Below, in pieces: positions 13,221 through 26,385 of a DNA stretch of 64,000 bases (the stretch's first letter is position 1; the number at the start of each line of letters is the position of its first letter). Both the position numbers and the translations under genes were made by a program. Where the stretch lies: NCBI GenBank assembly GCA_013239625.1, contig PNXV01000239.1, forward strand, positions 186,001 through 250,000, written 5' to 3'. The notes below the pieces were generated by a model, which worked only from the letters and a program-made list of their open reading frames with translations, was not told where the DNA came from and did no database searches. Source of the DNA: Lama guanicoe (Eukaryota).

Positions 13221-13620
13221 GTTTTTTTAATTTATTTTTTCAATTGAAGTATAGATTTACAATATTTTATTAGTTTCAGGTGTACAACATGATTTCGTAT
13301 TTTTATAGATTATACTCCATTTAAAGTTATTACAAAATAATGTCTATAGTTCCCTGTGCTGTACGATATACCCTGTTACTTAGCTATTTATACATAGTAG
13401 TTTGTACCTCTTAATCTCATACCTCTATCTTGCCCCTTCCCTCTCCCCACTGATAACCACTAGTTTCTTCTCTATGTCTGTCTGTTTCTGTTTTGCTATA
13501 TACACTCATTTATTTTATTTTTTTAGATTGCACATAAAAGTGATATCATACAGTATTTGTCTTTCTCTGTCTGACTTATTTCACTCAGCCTAATACTCTC
13601 TCGGTCCATCCACATTGTTG
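13221..13620 (-). mobile_element. L1 3' end fragment with 9-bp TSD, inserted into a MIR
   Basis: T-rich start then caattgaagtatagatttacaat...; CCATTATTA at 13212-13220 and 13621-13629. Confidence 0.85.
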
Positions 13621-15466
13621 CCATTATTACTTATTTTTAATTTCTTTTGCATTTACCATGTGCCAGGCAGTGTTCTAAGTGCTTGTCAGATGTGAACTCA
13701 TTTAATATTACCATCCCATTTTATAGATGAGAAAACCTGAGGCCTAGAGAGGTTGACTAACCTGTCCAAGGCCTTCCGGCTGGTGTGAGTTGGGGCCGAT
13801 GTTTGAGCTGGGCAAGCGGGCTCCAAACCACGTCTGTCCACTGCTGTGCTGCCTCTTGACGTGGTCATGCCATGTAATAAAGAAACAAAGTGCCTTTGCC
13901 TCCGTTCTCCAGGAGGGTTTTAGGCAGGGATGCACATTCCCATTTTATGGATGGGGCACTGGGGCCCAGAGAGGGACCCTTGAGCAGGGTCACACAGCAA
14001 ATGAGGGCAGTGCAGACTGGAGCCGGGCCCCTGGTCTCAGAATATCTGTGCGCCTTCCCACTACAGAGCAGAGCTCCCAGCTGAAGCCTGGTGGGAGTAC
14101 GTGCTGGTTATTGAGGGCACTGCTCCCTCAAGCGGTCCCTTCCTTCACCAAAATGAGTGGAGTCAGCTCCACAGAGGGCCAGCGAGCTAGAAGGAAGTTG
14201 AAGGAAAGAGCTTCCCTCTGCCCAGGAGAATGTTTTCGAGGCCATCCTGAAGGTGCCTGGGGGAGGGGTGAGGATCCTCACCCCGAGGGGCCCCTCCTAC
14301 TGGAAGCCTAGGCAGAGAAGCCCTGATGAGCCAGGAGTGAAAGAAAGGGTGAGCAGTTGGGGAACCAACTGCCCCTCATCCCCTGAAGTCGACTCTAAGG
14401 CCAGGAGTCAGGAAGGGTTAAAGGAACAGGAACTCCCTGGTGAAACCACCGTGAAAGCAGAGGCAGAGCCCAGCGAAGGCGTGCAGAGAGCTGGGTGCTG
14501 CTCTAGCTCCGTGCTGCTGTTCCTTTTTCCTTTATTTTTTAATTGTGGTATAATATACATAACATAAAATTTACCATTTTAACCATTTTAAGTATACCGT
14601 TCTGAGACATGCAGTAGATTCACACTGTTGTGCAATCACCACCACCATGATTTTTAAATTTTGACATCACAGTAGCCTAGTCTATTGTTTAATGGTTTGT
14701 TTACATGTGTGGATGAAGAGTGTGCAGTCAATGCTAAAATATCATGCTTAGCAAAGGGACCGTGCATAGGAGGCTCACACACAGCTTTTCGCATGCCAGG
14801 CACTGCTCTAAGGCAATTTAAAGGGATAAACGTATGGAATCCTTATGACTCCCCTATAAAGCAGATTCTGTTATTGATCCTCTTTTACGGCTGAGGAGAC
14901 TGAGGCACAGAGAGGGTTAGTACCTTTCCCCGCATCCCTCCCTGGCTCTTGTATGGGCACACTGGCTTGTGGAGCACTCGCTGTGTGCCAGCTCAGAGGC
15001 TCTGTCCAGCCTCTTGCCCCGTCTCATAGTAACCCGGGGAGAGGTGGGTGCTGTGTGGTACCAAGATGTAGGGAGGGTCTCTGACTCTGAAGCCTGCCTA
15101 TGTCTTGACCACCTGCCCTTGATGCCTGCTGTTCAGACAGTGAAACTGTCGTGGAAACACCTGCCCAGCTCTTGAGTGCTGGCCTGAACCCACATGTATG
15201 TATTTAGGATAATATTGGAGAGAGGAAGCCCAGAAACACAGCCCCATGTGGCCCAAGTTAGGAAGGTGCCCTGTGCTCATGGAGCCTTTGGAGTCAGGTT
15301 CCTACGTGTTGTGTAACCTCAGGAATGTGCCTCCATCACTCTGAGCTGAGTGCAGCTTGCTGCATCCATGAAGTGAGGATAATTGTCCCCACCCAAGGTG
15401 GCTGTGAGGCGTGAATTCAACGGTGAGTGGGAAGGACTTTGTAAATCATGGAGCAGGGCTGTGGAG

Positions 15467-15654
15467 CAGTGGTTCCCAAAGAGGGGTTCCTGGAGCAGCT
15501 GTATCAGCACCACCTGGGAACTTGCTAGAAATGCAGAGATCTCAGCATCCATCCCAGACCTGCTGAATCAGAAACTCTAGGATGGGCCCAGCAATCTGGG
15601 TGTCAGTCAGCCTTCCAGGTGACCCTGATGTGCTCTCACGTTTGAGACCCACTG
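15467..15654. mobile_element. MER5A (hAT-Charlie MITE)
   Basis: cagtggttcccaaa...ctgggaacttgctagaaatgcag...gaatcagaaactct...tttgagacccactg with CAGTGG/CCACTG ends. Confidence 0.85.
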
Positions 15655-18600
15655 TTGGAGAGCTTCTTGCAAAATGTAAATGAGATACTGTCACCCGTCT
15701 GAGCAAAAAGTCAGTCTTGGGGTGGAAGTGCCTCTTCAGCCTGGGGTGCTGCCTGTACTCTTCGTACTCCCTTGGGCCTCCTGTCCTCCCTGGTCCACAG
15801 GCTTAGCCTGAACAGATGTGGGCAGAGCCCAGGGAGGCTGGAAATGGAGAGAAGGCCCACCATCCTCAGCGTCTGTTGCAGACACCACCCAGGGAATTGA
15901 TTAAGGCTGCACAGCGGCATTTAATTCCATGTTGATGAGCGGGTTGGGGAGAAGCAGGTAGGGGCTTCCCATCACCCTCCTGCGTGTGCAGCTGGGCTGG
16001 AACGTGCGTTGTCGGCTGCCCAGTCCCAGGCAGGAGCAGGCAGCCCTAAGTCATGCCTGGGAACTCCTCCCACAGAAATGGGTTGAATGATAAAAGGACG
16101 CTGCTTCCTGATTTAAAACCCAGCTGCTGAGAAGCAGCCCAGGAATGGGCTTCCCAGCTCAGTGTTTCTCTCCAGTGGAGACAGGGCAGGCCCGGACTCC
16201 TGGTCAGCAGCACGCCAGCTCTTCCCTCGTCCTGACAGGCCTCAGAGTCCCCTCGCCGCTCTCACCGTGCTCCAGCCGCTTCCGCAGACTGGAGCTGGGC
16301 ATGAAACGAAACACACTTATTTTTTCCCTAGAACAGCCCAGAGCTGAGGAGAGAGAATACTTCCCCTCGCTAATGACAGGGGCTACAGCCGCTTCAGCCC
16401 TGACAGCTCACACCTGGGCTACAGACTTTGCCGCCTCCCTTCGTGGTCTCAAGTACCAGCTCCTCAGCAGGCCTTCAGAGCCTCGCCAGGCCACCCTTCC
16501 AGCCGCAGCCCTGACTGCTCCCCAGCATTAGCTCAGACCCCAGTTGATCTGGACCCTTCTGTTCCCTGGATGTGCCTTCACCTACCCACCCAACGCCGCA
16601 TGCCCCTCGCTGCCTGCGCCGCAGGGCTCCGGGTGTGGCTCAGCGCAGAGCCTTCCACCTCGGTGCTGGGTTCGTCCACTCAGCCTTGAAGTTTAGCTCA
16701 AACATAGCCTCCTGGTGGCCCTCACTGACTCCCCCAGTTTCAGGCTCCCTGCTGCCCTGAATTGAGCTTGCTGGCTTTTACCATCAGCCAGGGCTCCTGG
16801 GAGTCAGGGTCACCCCTGCCCCCACAGCACCCAGCACAGGCCAGGCTAAGAGAGGGTCCCAGTGATGCTGGCTGGACTCATTCGGGGCCCAAGGCCCCTG
16901 CAGCTGGGCAGGGTGAGAGCTGATTTGTGGGTCCGCTGATGACAGAATGCAGCTCCCCTGGCCAGGTGTCTGTCCCAGGACGGGGCCACAGGGCTTCACT
17001 GTGGGGCCATGAGCAAAGCACCTTCCCTTCCTGGGCCTCAGTGTCCCTCTCTGTCCAAAAGCAGATCCAGAAGCTCTGCCAGGGAACAGACGGTAACCAG
17101 GAAGTGGAGCCCCCAGGTTTTCCACCTCCAGGAGGCATCTTTAAAAAGTTTCCAGTGACCCTTGTCTCTCGAAACTCCCAGATAAGGAAATTGTGGGGCA
17201 ATAAATCTGTGTGGAATTTTGGTCAGGGCCTGGTTCTGAGGAATAAACAGGAAGAAGCCCTGTTCTGTGTCTCCCGAGGGTCGAGGCAGGAAAGGACCAG
17301 CCCTCTGAGGACTGGGGCGGCCGCCAGCTGGGCAGTCCCAGCGTCCTCTTGGGCCCCGGGGCCTGGAACAGGTGGGCTGCAGAGCCCTCAGCAGGTTGTC
17401 CTAACAGGTGGGCAGGGCAGAGGCGTTGCTGTTTTATGGGTGGACAAACAAACCCTGAGATGGGACAAGATTTGCCCAAGGTCACGGAGCAAACTGGCAT
17501 CAGAATTAGGACTCCTCCACCTGACCAGCAAGCCTACTATGAAGTGACATGCCCAGTTCCCAGTTCCTAGTACCCAGAGCGGGTGTTCAGGAGAGGCTGA
17601 TGGAGTGAGTGAAAGCTCAGTCCAGAAGCCAGGTCAGACTCCCCCTGGGTGCCTGCCTGTGGGGTCTGGCCTGTGGGTGGGCAGTGCAGAAGGCAGAGGG
17701 CCATTTGGGGTCAACAGCCCCAAGGATGAATGGATGGACAGACGGAGGAAAGAAGGAAGAAATACAGGGAGCAGGACAGGAGGAAAGGAAGGGAGCATCC
17801 ATCAGCCGAGCTCCTGCGTGGTACCAGACACACGCAAGGCAGTTCACATCTGCTGCCTCATTTAGCCCTTGGCAAGGCCCCATGAGGTAGATGTCGGGTA
17901 CTCTTTTACAGATGAGGATGCCGGGGCCCAGAGACAAATGCGGGCTTTGAACCAGGTGCCCCTCTTTCGCCTCCGTGAGTATCAGGATGGGGGACCTCAC
18001 AGGCTACAAAGACTGCTCAGGCTGTGATCTGGGGAGGCCCCGAAGACGGTTCTGTTTGAGCTGGGCCCAGGACGGTGCAGTGCGAGAAAGGGGCATCTGA
18101 GGAGCCTCAGACTTATCTGGGCTGACTTGGCTTTAGGCAGGGAGAAGGGGTGTAAGCAAAGATGGGGTGTCTGGGAAAGCCGACGCTTTGAAGGGAGAGT
18201 AGGTAAACCAGAATGGCCCAAAGGCAGGTCTGTGGATGTGAGGGGAAGGCCGTCCATCAGGGAATGTACAGGGGCCTCAAAACCCAAGTCTAGAAGAGGA
18301 CTTTATCCTGAAGACAGAGGGGACAGGAGGGGGCTGTCTTCAGGGAAATAACAGAGTCAGGGTGGGGGCAGGATAGGAGGCCTGGGCTGTGGTGGAGGAG
18401 AAATGGAGTCACTGCGAGAAAAGGCAGCCCAGGCCACACATAGCTTGAGGGAGGGGTCAAGAGCAGGTGCTCCGTGGGGCAGGGGAGATCAGACCATCTC
18501 AGGAGATGCCCTGCTCCTCCTCGGGACCCAGGGACCTACCTGGCTCTGGGCAGTGTCAGATGTTGGGAAGAGGCACTCCCACAGACTTAATCGCATCAGC

Positions 18601-19007
18601 AGGAAAGAGGCATTATCTTGGCTCGCTTTCTGACTCAATCTGTATTTCCTGTGGGCCTGCCGGGTGGCATCTGTGCTGGACCAGAAGGACCAGGGAGCTG
18701 GAGGAGGGGTGATAAAGGCAGAGGTGGGAGGGTACTCGAGGCAGAGAACCTGGAAACAGGACTGTTTTTACCTGCTGGCTGCGTGGTGCCTCTGCCTCCA
18801 CTGTTGATAGGGCCTGGGCGTTGAGGCCTGCCGGGGGCAGTTTGGGGGAGGGGATTCCCCGGGCATCAGCATTCTGCTTTCCCGCCTGGGCTGTACTGAT
18901 GTCCCAGAGAACCAAAGGGCTTCCTCTGCCCTTCCAGCCTCCGCCCTGCCCCCACCAAGACCCCCAGGCTCCTCAGCACTGGGCTGAGCTAGGCTGCTGG
19001 CCTCTGC

Positions 19008-19548
19008 TGTCAAACCCAAGTTCGTGTGCCTGATGCACAGTAAAGCCAAACAAACGGAAACGTCAAAATTTGGAGCAGAGAAAGGTTTAATTACAAGGGT
19101 CAAGCAAGAAAGATAGGCCAGGAGGGCAGAACTCATGCTTAAAAAATCTGAACTCCCCCATGGTTTTCAGGGAAGAGGATTTTACAGGCAAACTTTGGGC
19201 GGAGGGCTGCAGGGTGTGTGACTTTCTTCTGATTGCTGGTGCTCCAGGAATCCTGTGCTCAGCTGGAAGTTACCATCCTCCACCTGCGTAGGGAGCCTTA
19301 GTTCCTGTAGAAGAACTCAAACATATATTGTTATGTATATCCTTTGAGGATGAACCGGGACTCTGCTTCACTATTGTTTGCCTGTTTTTCCTTTGTTTCT
19401 GCAGTCCCTGGCGTCTCTGATGAGTAACTGAATCTGCCCTTTAGAACTCAGGGCTAGGAAGCAGAATCCTTTTTTCTACAAACAAGAAACTCAGAACATG
19501 GAAAGGCTTTTGTACCAGGAGGACCCCACAGAGTCCTGCTTCGCTTCA
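19008..19548 (-). mobile_element. ERV1-class solo LTR, MER41-like (cetartiodactyl type)
   Basis: TG...CA termini, 541 bp, 5-bp TSD tctgc (19003-19007)/tctcc (19549-19553), minus-strand ATTAAA (19086-19091); sequence resembles MER41-type LTRs. Confidence 0.75.
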
Positions 19549-20214
19549 TCTCCACTGGAGAGCCCCGCAGGAGACACTCAAATACACACTCCACCTCTCT
19601 GGGTTCTTCTGGATCCGCAGAGACTGTTAGTTAGCAATTTCACATGTCTTTTCCCTCCATCAACGTGGTGATCACCAGGGGGGAAAACTCTGCGCACCTG
19701 GTGGGCTGCTTTGCACTTTCTGGTTTGGAACTTTTACTCAGATGTTGGGCCCTCAGCACGTACCTGTCGTGTGTTAAATCAAATCTCAGTGTCCTGTAAA
19801 CACTGGGGCTACAACAGTCTTCACAGTGAACATTTGTTGAAGACTAAATATGCCCCCAGCGTCGCTCTGTGTGTTATGTGGTTAATCTCATTTAGTTGTC
19901 AAGTCAACCCCGTGGAGGAGTGTGGACCCGGGACTAATCAGTGTGGCTTCAGATTCCAGCTTGGCCACCAACTCGCTGTGTGATTTGGGGCAGGTTACTT
20001 AACCTCTCTGTACTCCAGTTTTTCTATCCAAAATTGAGGCGATAATACTTACGAACTGTTGTGAGGATTCAGTTAGTACCTGGAACATACCTCACACAGA
20101 GTGAGGAATGTATTAGCTATTATTTGTTATTATGCCCAGTGGTAAGGAATTAGAAATGCTTAGTTACTGGCCCAAAGTCACAGGCATGATAGACATGTTC
20201 TATCATTACACTGT

Positions 20215-20432
20215 TTAGCTGAGTACCTGGTAGCTCCATGTGGCTGTTGAGCATTTGAAATGTTATTAGTGCAACTGAGGAGCTGAATTTTACATTATGA
20301 TTGATTTTAATATTAATTTAGAAGCCATGTGCGACTAGAGACTCCCGTGTTGGACAGAGCTGGTGCCTGGGTCTCATACCCGGTGATCTGATCTAAGTGA
20401 TTCTAATGTGCATTGAGCTGCAAACCACTGCC
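20215..20432. mobile_element. MER3-like plus MER5-like hAT fragments
   Basis: catgtggctgttgagcatttgaaatg...gcaactgaggagctgaatttta; then aagtgattctaatgtgca...aaaccactg. Confidence 0.65.
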
Positions 20433-20795
20433 CTGTGCTTTAGCAGCCCGTCAGGGTTCTGGCATCTCATCCTTTCCTCCTTTGGCCATTTCCCTGAATT
20501 TCCCCTTCCCCTGACCCCAACACAGGGCCTCATACAGAAGCAGCGCTGAGCCAGTAGTGGATGAAGGTTGGTGATTGAGTTAAATCATTTTCACCTCTCC
20601 TTATACACCTTCCTGACTTTTTTGCTTCGAGGTGTTCTGTTCTCTGGTTCAGGATATTGGGCTCTTTAAGAAGTCAGTTCTAGAGCCTTCTCTCTTGCAG
20701 GCAAATTGTCAGAGTTAAGGCTGCTAGTGACTTACTATAGAATCCTTGCACGTAAATCAGATAAAAGTTTTCTGAAGGCCTCTATAGTAAGTGAA

Positions 20796-20917
20796 AGGGT
20801 GACCAGCTTTTTCCTGTTTGCCTGAGACTTTCCTGATTTTACCATTTAAAGTCCTGCATCCCAGAAATACCTGCCCCCACACCCTGTCCTGGGCAAACCA
20901 GAACAGTTGGTCACCCT
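20796..20917. mobile_element. MER94-like hAT MITE with intact 10-bp TIRs
   Basis: AGGGTGACCA (20796-20805) ... TGGTCACCCT (20908-20917). Confidence 0.8.
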
Positions 20918-22544
20918 ACTTCTCTGCAGCGCGACACGGCCTCTTCCTGTTCTGAAGTAGGGAAGAAAACTGAGCCTGTGAGATGAGACCCTGAGGCCCT
21001 GATTCCCTAGGTCCCACCCTGTCACTTCAGACCCTATTGCTGGCCTGTTGTGGGCAAAAATAAAGACACCTTGTGCCAAGAAGTGACAGCTAAACCAGGA
21101 CCTGGCCTCAGATGAACAAAAATGACTGGTAAAATTCTCACTGGGAGAAGTAGCTGACACCTGTTTCTCCTTTCTGTCTGGTGAGAAAGGAAGGTTCCAC
21201 GGGAAATCGCTGGTCAGGCAGAGACCTGCGTCGACAGCAGGGAGTCCTTGACCTCAAATGGGCCTTGGCTTCTTGAACCAGATATCTCACCCTCTCCTGG
21301 GGTGGATCAGAGGCCCTGATAAGGATTTAGGGTAAATTAGAAAGGAGCTTTCTGGTCAAGTTTGGGGTCAGGGCCAGGATCAAGATAAACTCTCTGACAG
21401 ATGATAGTCAACCCAGGATTGGCGTCAGGGTATTGGACCCACCTGTAGTTAGGTGAATATTGTGTTAATTCTTGGTCTCTGTAGATCACCTTCAGAGTCC
21501 TTTACTCTTTATGGTAACCTTTTTTCATTTTTTAAAACTGGGTAACTTGTGATTCAGATATTCCTCTATTAACTGACATGGGTGTGGTGGTTCAGACCGT
21601 CCCATGAGGCGTGCTTGGGGGCAGCTCAGTGACCACAAGGTCAGGTTTTAGGAAAAAATAAAATACGGTTCCAAATATTAGATGCAGAACCACACACTTC
21701 CCAAGGGGCCAGTGGTGGCCAGCAGCACCAGACTCCTCCCCATCCTTGACGTTCAAAGACCAAATCAGATAATTTCATTCTCTCCCTGAGGCCAGGTACA
21801 GCACAATTAATGAATAATCTATTATACTGCTTTGTACCACACCCAGTTTGGATTCGGTTTCAGCCACCCTGCAGCTAACCCTTGTCCTGTAATGATTCAG
21901 GGCTGGGCTGGGAAGACAGGCCTTTGGGGCCAGGCAGGGAAGTCTCTGTGTCTCTGTCTCTGTCTCCATCTCTCTCACACATCAGAGAGGAGCATGTGGC
22001 AGGAAGAGGGGCATCTGCACCACGTCCTGGCTTCTGCTTCCCACCGCCTCTGCTCCTACTAATGCGATCTTGGTCATGTCACTTCCTCTGCCCCACATGG
22101 GGACAACAGTCCCCAGGAGAGTTGTAAGGGGTGGGACAGGCAGTGAGCCATTCTGCTGTTGAGCATTAAGAAATAAGCTCAATGGGATGTTACACCCAGC
22201 AATCACTAAATCTTTTTGAGGGGTGGGGAATTCACAGCGCAAAGAGCCTAATCCCATGGCGTCAGGCCTGCTAAGCACCCTTGGGATAGCAGTAGAATCA
22301 GTGCCACCCCCTGCTTTGTGCCCCCCAGCGGTCTGGCTGCTGTGGCTTTGATGTAGGCCCAGCTGGATGGGACCAGGCAGGATAGGACAAGTGGCGTGGG
22401 GTAAACCTGGCCCAGATTGCTCTTCTGGCCCAGCCCTTGGGTGAGGGCCTCGCAGTGCTGAGGGCCCACTATGGTCTGCATTTTCAGGCAAGTGCCTGCT
22501 TGTGGGGAAGGTAAAACTGCTCTCTGAATTGCTGAGCCCTTAAA

Positions 22545-22755
22545 CTCACATATGCACTGATGCGCACCTGCTGTGTGTGCAGTACATGCACAGAAACAAA
22601 CACCCCGATACATGGGTGCTGCACACTCACAGGAGCACATGAGCACATGTGAACGCCCTGATCAGTCCCGTGCTCATGCACAGACTTGCACACACAGTGC
22701 ACACGAATTTGCACAAACTCCCCCAGACCCTGCATATGTACATGCACACGCCTAT
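22545..22755. repeat. Degenerate CA/ACAC-rich low-complexity tract
   Basis: Recurrent gcacac/acatgcac motifs. Confidence 0.65.
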
Positions 22756-23872
22756 ACTTGAGGGAAAGACGGCCTGCCTGGCCTGGTGCCACCCACACTT
22801 CTGTAAGTTTCCCTCATGAGAACAGTCCTAGAAGAAACTTGGCAGTGGGGATTAGGTGCTGGGGCCAGGTGGGGTGGGGTGGGAGAGAGGAGTTTGGCAC
22901 AGAGTTCAGGGCTGAGTGATGTTTACGCTGCTCCCAGGCTGGCCGGCTTCGTCAGTGGAGGCCAACAGCCCCCTTTCCAGAGGGTGTCCACTTGGGTTCC
23001 TTTTCTGTGAAGTGGGTGGATGATGATCATGATACCTCCTTTTGGGAGCCGAGGTGGGATTCGGGGTGTAATGAGCGGAGCTCCGTCGTCATGATCATTG
23101 TCTGGAGCTGAGGGCTCCGGAGACAGCTCGGTTCAGCTCCCAGCTCCACCGCCTCCTCGCTGTGTGACATTGGGAAGGTTGCTTCGCTCTTCTGCCTCAA
23201 CTCCTACATCCGTAACGGGGAGCAAGGTAGCACCTACTGTTAAATTCATACAGGGGAAGCACTTGAAACGTGCCTGGTGCCTAGCGAGCACCCCAAACTG
23301 TGGGCTGCTATTGCCTTGGATGTAGCTGTGAGCTCAAAGAGAGGCATTGCCCAGGCCTCTGACAGCCCCGAACCTGAACCTGGACCCAGAGCCGTCCCCA
23401 GGCTGTGAAGGGAGAGCGTTGGGAGTGGCTGGAGGGGCCAGGACTGCTGATGCTGGTCAGGTCATGTTGATCTCAGCAGCGATGACTGGCCGCAGTGCCC
23501 CACAGCCCACCGTGGGCACAGCACCACGGCCGGTTTATCCCCCTCTCTGGTTTTTCACGAACCCGTCCCTCCCTCTCCATCCCCTCTGCCCTCCTTCAGC
23601 CCAGGTGACCATCACTCTCATCTGTTCCACCCTTTCTTTCTCTAACCATCAGAGGAATCACCTAATAGTGAACACTGGTCCTCACCTTCCCATGCTGTAA
23701 CCCCTACTATAGCTCCCCTTTGCCCTCAGAGTCCAGGTCATTTCACTTGGCTCCTGAGAGGATCTGGGTCCTGCCTGCTCGCCCACCTCTTCCCTGTAGC
23801 CTCCTGGGCCCTGCCCACACCAAGCACAGGCAGCCATTACCTGTTTACCATTAATTGGACCTGCATGGGATA

Positions 23873-24260
23873 GTGTGTTGGTCAGGACAGATAAGACTAT
23901 TCTCTGTGACAAATAACCCTGCTACTTCTCAGTGGTTCACTCTATAAGTTTATTTCCCAGTCACACTATTTGTCCAACATGAGTCAGTTGTGGGGAGGTG
24001 CTTTGTTCACATAGTCCCTTGGGGACCCAGGATGATGGAAGCTGCACCATCTGGAACATGTGACCTCATCCTTCCAGCCAAGGACAAGAATTCCAGAGGG
24101 TCACAGGCAGGTCTTACATGCTTCAGCCTGGAAGTGACACTGGTCGCTTTTGCCCATGATTCACTGGCTAGGCCTAATAGTGGCTGTCTAACTGCAAGGA
24201 GGCTGAGACAGGATGGGAGCAGTGGAATATCTTGTGAGCATCACAGTAGGCCACACACAG
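23873..24260. mobile_element. MLT1 (MaLR, J/K-like) LTR
   Basis: tgtgttggtcagga...gtgacaaataaccc...tctcagtgg...aagtttatttc...gacccaggatgatgga...cctggaagtgacac. Confidence 0.7.
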
Positions 24261-24751
24261 GTCCCCCACCACCACCATCGGCACCCTCCGCCCCAGTTCA
24301 TCCCCCACCGCTCAAGACAAGGCAGGAGTAGGGTCCCAGGACCTGAGCCTGCTGACTTGCCCCCTACTTTGCCACCATCCACGCAGGCTCCAGGCAACTC
24401 ATCAGCTGCCACCTAATTGCCAAGACACTGGGGAGATCATTATCCCTTGATCTTCCTTCCTAAGATGATCTTTAGGACCCATTTCTCTCAGGACACAGAG
24501 CAGAGCAAAGCCAAGCTGCTCCTTAGCAAGTGGTGGCGTTTATCTTACAGACACTGAGTAAATCCCTTTCTGATTCTGTTTCCTTTGTCGAATTGACCAC
24601 TAGGAAGCTCAGACTCAAATTTCGCCCCCTGAGGTCCACTTCCTCTGTGTGCATGGTCTGGCAGCACACGTTTGTAGTTGACTCCCCCCACATTTCAGGT
24701 GATCTCTTGGTTCTCGCATTTTCCCTCTGTCCCCATTTCCTCACCATGGCA

Positions 24752-24753
<2 letters not shown>

Positions 24754-24788
<35 letters not shown>
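24754..24788. repeat. (TG)n microsatellite
   Basis: Pure TG run. Confidence 0.95.
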
Positions 24789-24789
<1 letters not shown>

Positions 24790-25659
24790 TGTGTTCTGTC
24801 TATTTCTGTAAGGCTTCCTACATCCTTTCTGGGATCAGATGGGCATTAATTAGGCAGTCAGTCCCTGCGTTCTGTGCTGCCTCCTGTAGCTCTGGCAAAT
24901 ACAGCCAGCGTTTTGGGCAAAGGTCCTAAAAGGCAAGTTGAAATACCTGAGCTTCACAGGATAGACCCGCCCCGACAAGGCTGATGGGCCACCTGGTAGG
25001 GTATAAAGGGCTTGGCTCAAGGATCGGGACCCTGCTCTCCATGATCTCCCAAGGTCAGCAGCCTAATCTTGTGCCTTTGAACTGAGCCCAGAGAAGAGCC
25101 TCAGGCCGCCAAGCAGGCTGGGTCAGTGCCTTCTTTGTCCTGACCTCATGGATGCCCGGCCAAACATGCCTTCCCCTGGGAAATGCCTGGGGGCCTGGCG
25201 TAGGCAAAGCACTGTGCCAGGCATTCCTGGGGTAGCCCCAGGCCTTTCTCTGACATATGTGCAATCTGGTAGAGGAGACCTGACACCAAACTGCAAATCA
25301 GGAAAGACAGTGTCAAGGACCAAAAGTCAAGGAGGAGAGACAGAGGAGAGCAAGAGATCCGCTACTCCAGGTCAGCGCTGGAGGAGGGCGCCTGGGAGCT
25401 GGGGAAGGGGAGGATTTGGACTTGTAGAGATGGGTATGGGCAATAGGGGGCTGGAAAGAGCAAGCTAAGCAGAGGGAAAGGCAAGGGTGAGGGCCCAGAG
25501 GACTGTAAATGCAGGAGCAGGTGCAAGGGAAGCTGGGTGGTGGTCTTTGTCTGGAAGTTATCATTTAGAAGATGAGCAAGAAAAAGTAAATCTTGGAATA
25601 TGGGGTGGGACCCAAACCGAGTCTGGCCTTGATCCTGTAGGACATCAGTGAATGGGGTG

Positions 25660-26385
25660 CATCAAAGGGTGGTCTAAGGTGGGGGCCTTGGTGGGAGGAA
25701 TACAGTCAGGCTCAGTGTCCAGAACAATCCCTCTGGCTGCACAGGGAACATGGATAGGAGGGCCCAGTGGGTCAGTGAGACTGAGGGGCAGGAGTTTGAA
25801 TGGAGCAGCAGTGGGGAGAGAGGGGGCCACATGGTGTCATGTGTTTGGCAATGAGTCCCAGACCCTCTTACAAGCCATTCATGATCTAGCCCTGCTCACC
25901 CCTCCAGCTTGTATTCTCTTCATTCAAACCATCCAGTCTACATGTTATATGTGTGAATTTTTTTTTTCTTTTTAGCATCTCCTTGCTAATCTTACCGATC
26001 CACATGTAGTTCCCCAAACATTTCATGTTGGCTTCTATCTTAGGGCCTTTGCTCAAGCTGTTCCATCTGCCCAGACACCTTCCCTCCAGCTCACCCTTGT
26101 CCAGCTTCCATGGCCAGCTCCTACTCATCCTTCAACTCACAGCTTACATGTCACTTCCTCTGGGAAGCCCTCCCTGACTGCCATGTACAAACCTCCATTA
26201 TTACCTATGGTACACTGGGTCCCAGTGGCCCAGACTCACTGGTGGCCTCACTCATAGGACTCTTGGCCCCTGTAAGGCTGGGCTTAGCCTTGTTCTCTCC
26301 AAACCCCCAGTGCCTGGCATAGGAGTTAGTCACATGGTGGTGCTTAGTAAATACTGAGTGAACAAATACAAGGCTGGATGAAGAA
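25660..26385. mobile_element. L2 LINE fragments
   Basis: agggcctttgctcaagctgttcc...tcacttcctctgggaagccctccctgac...cagtgcctggcatagg...aaatactgagtgaa. Confidence 0.6.
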
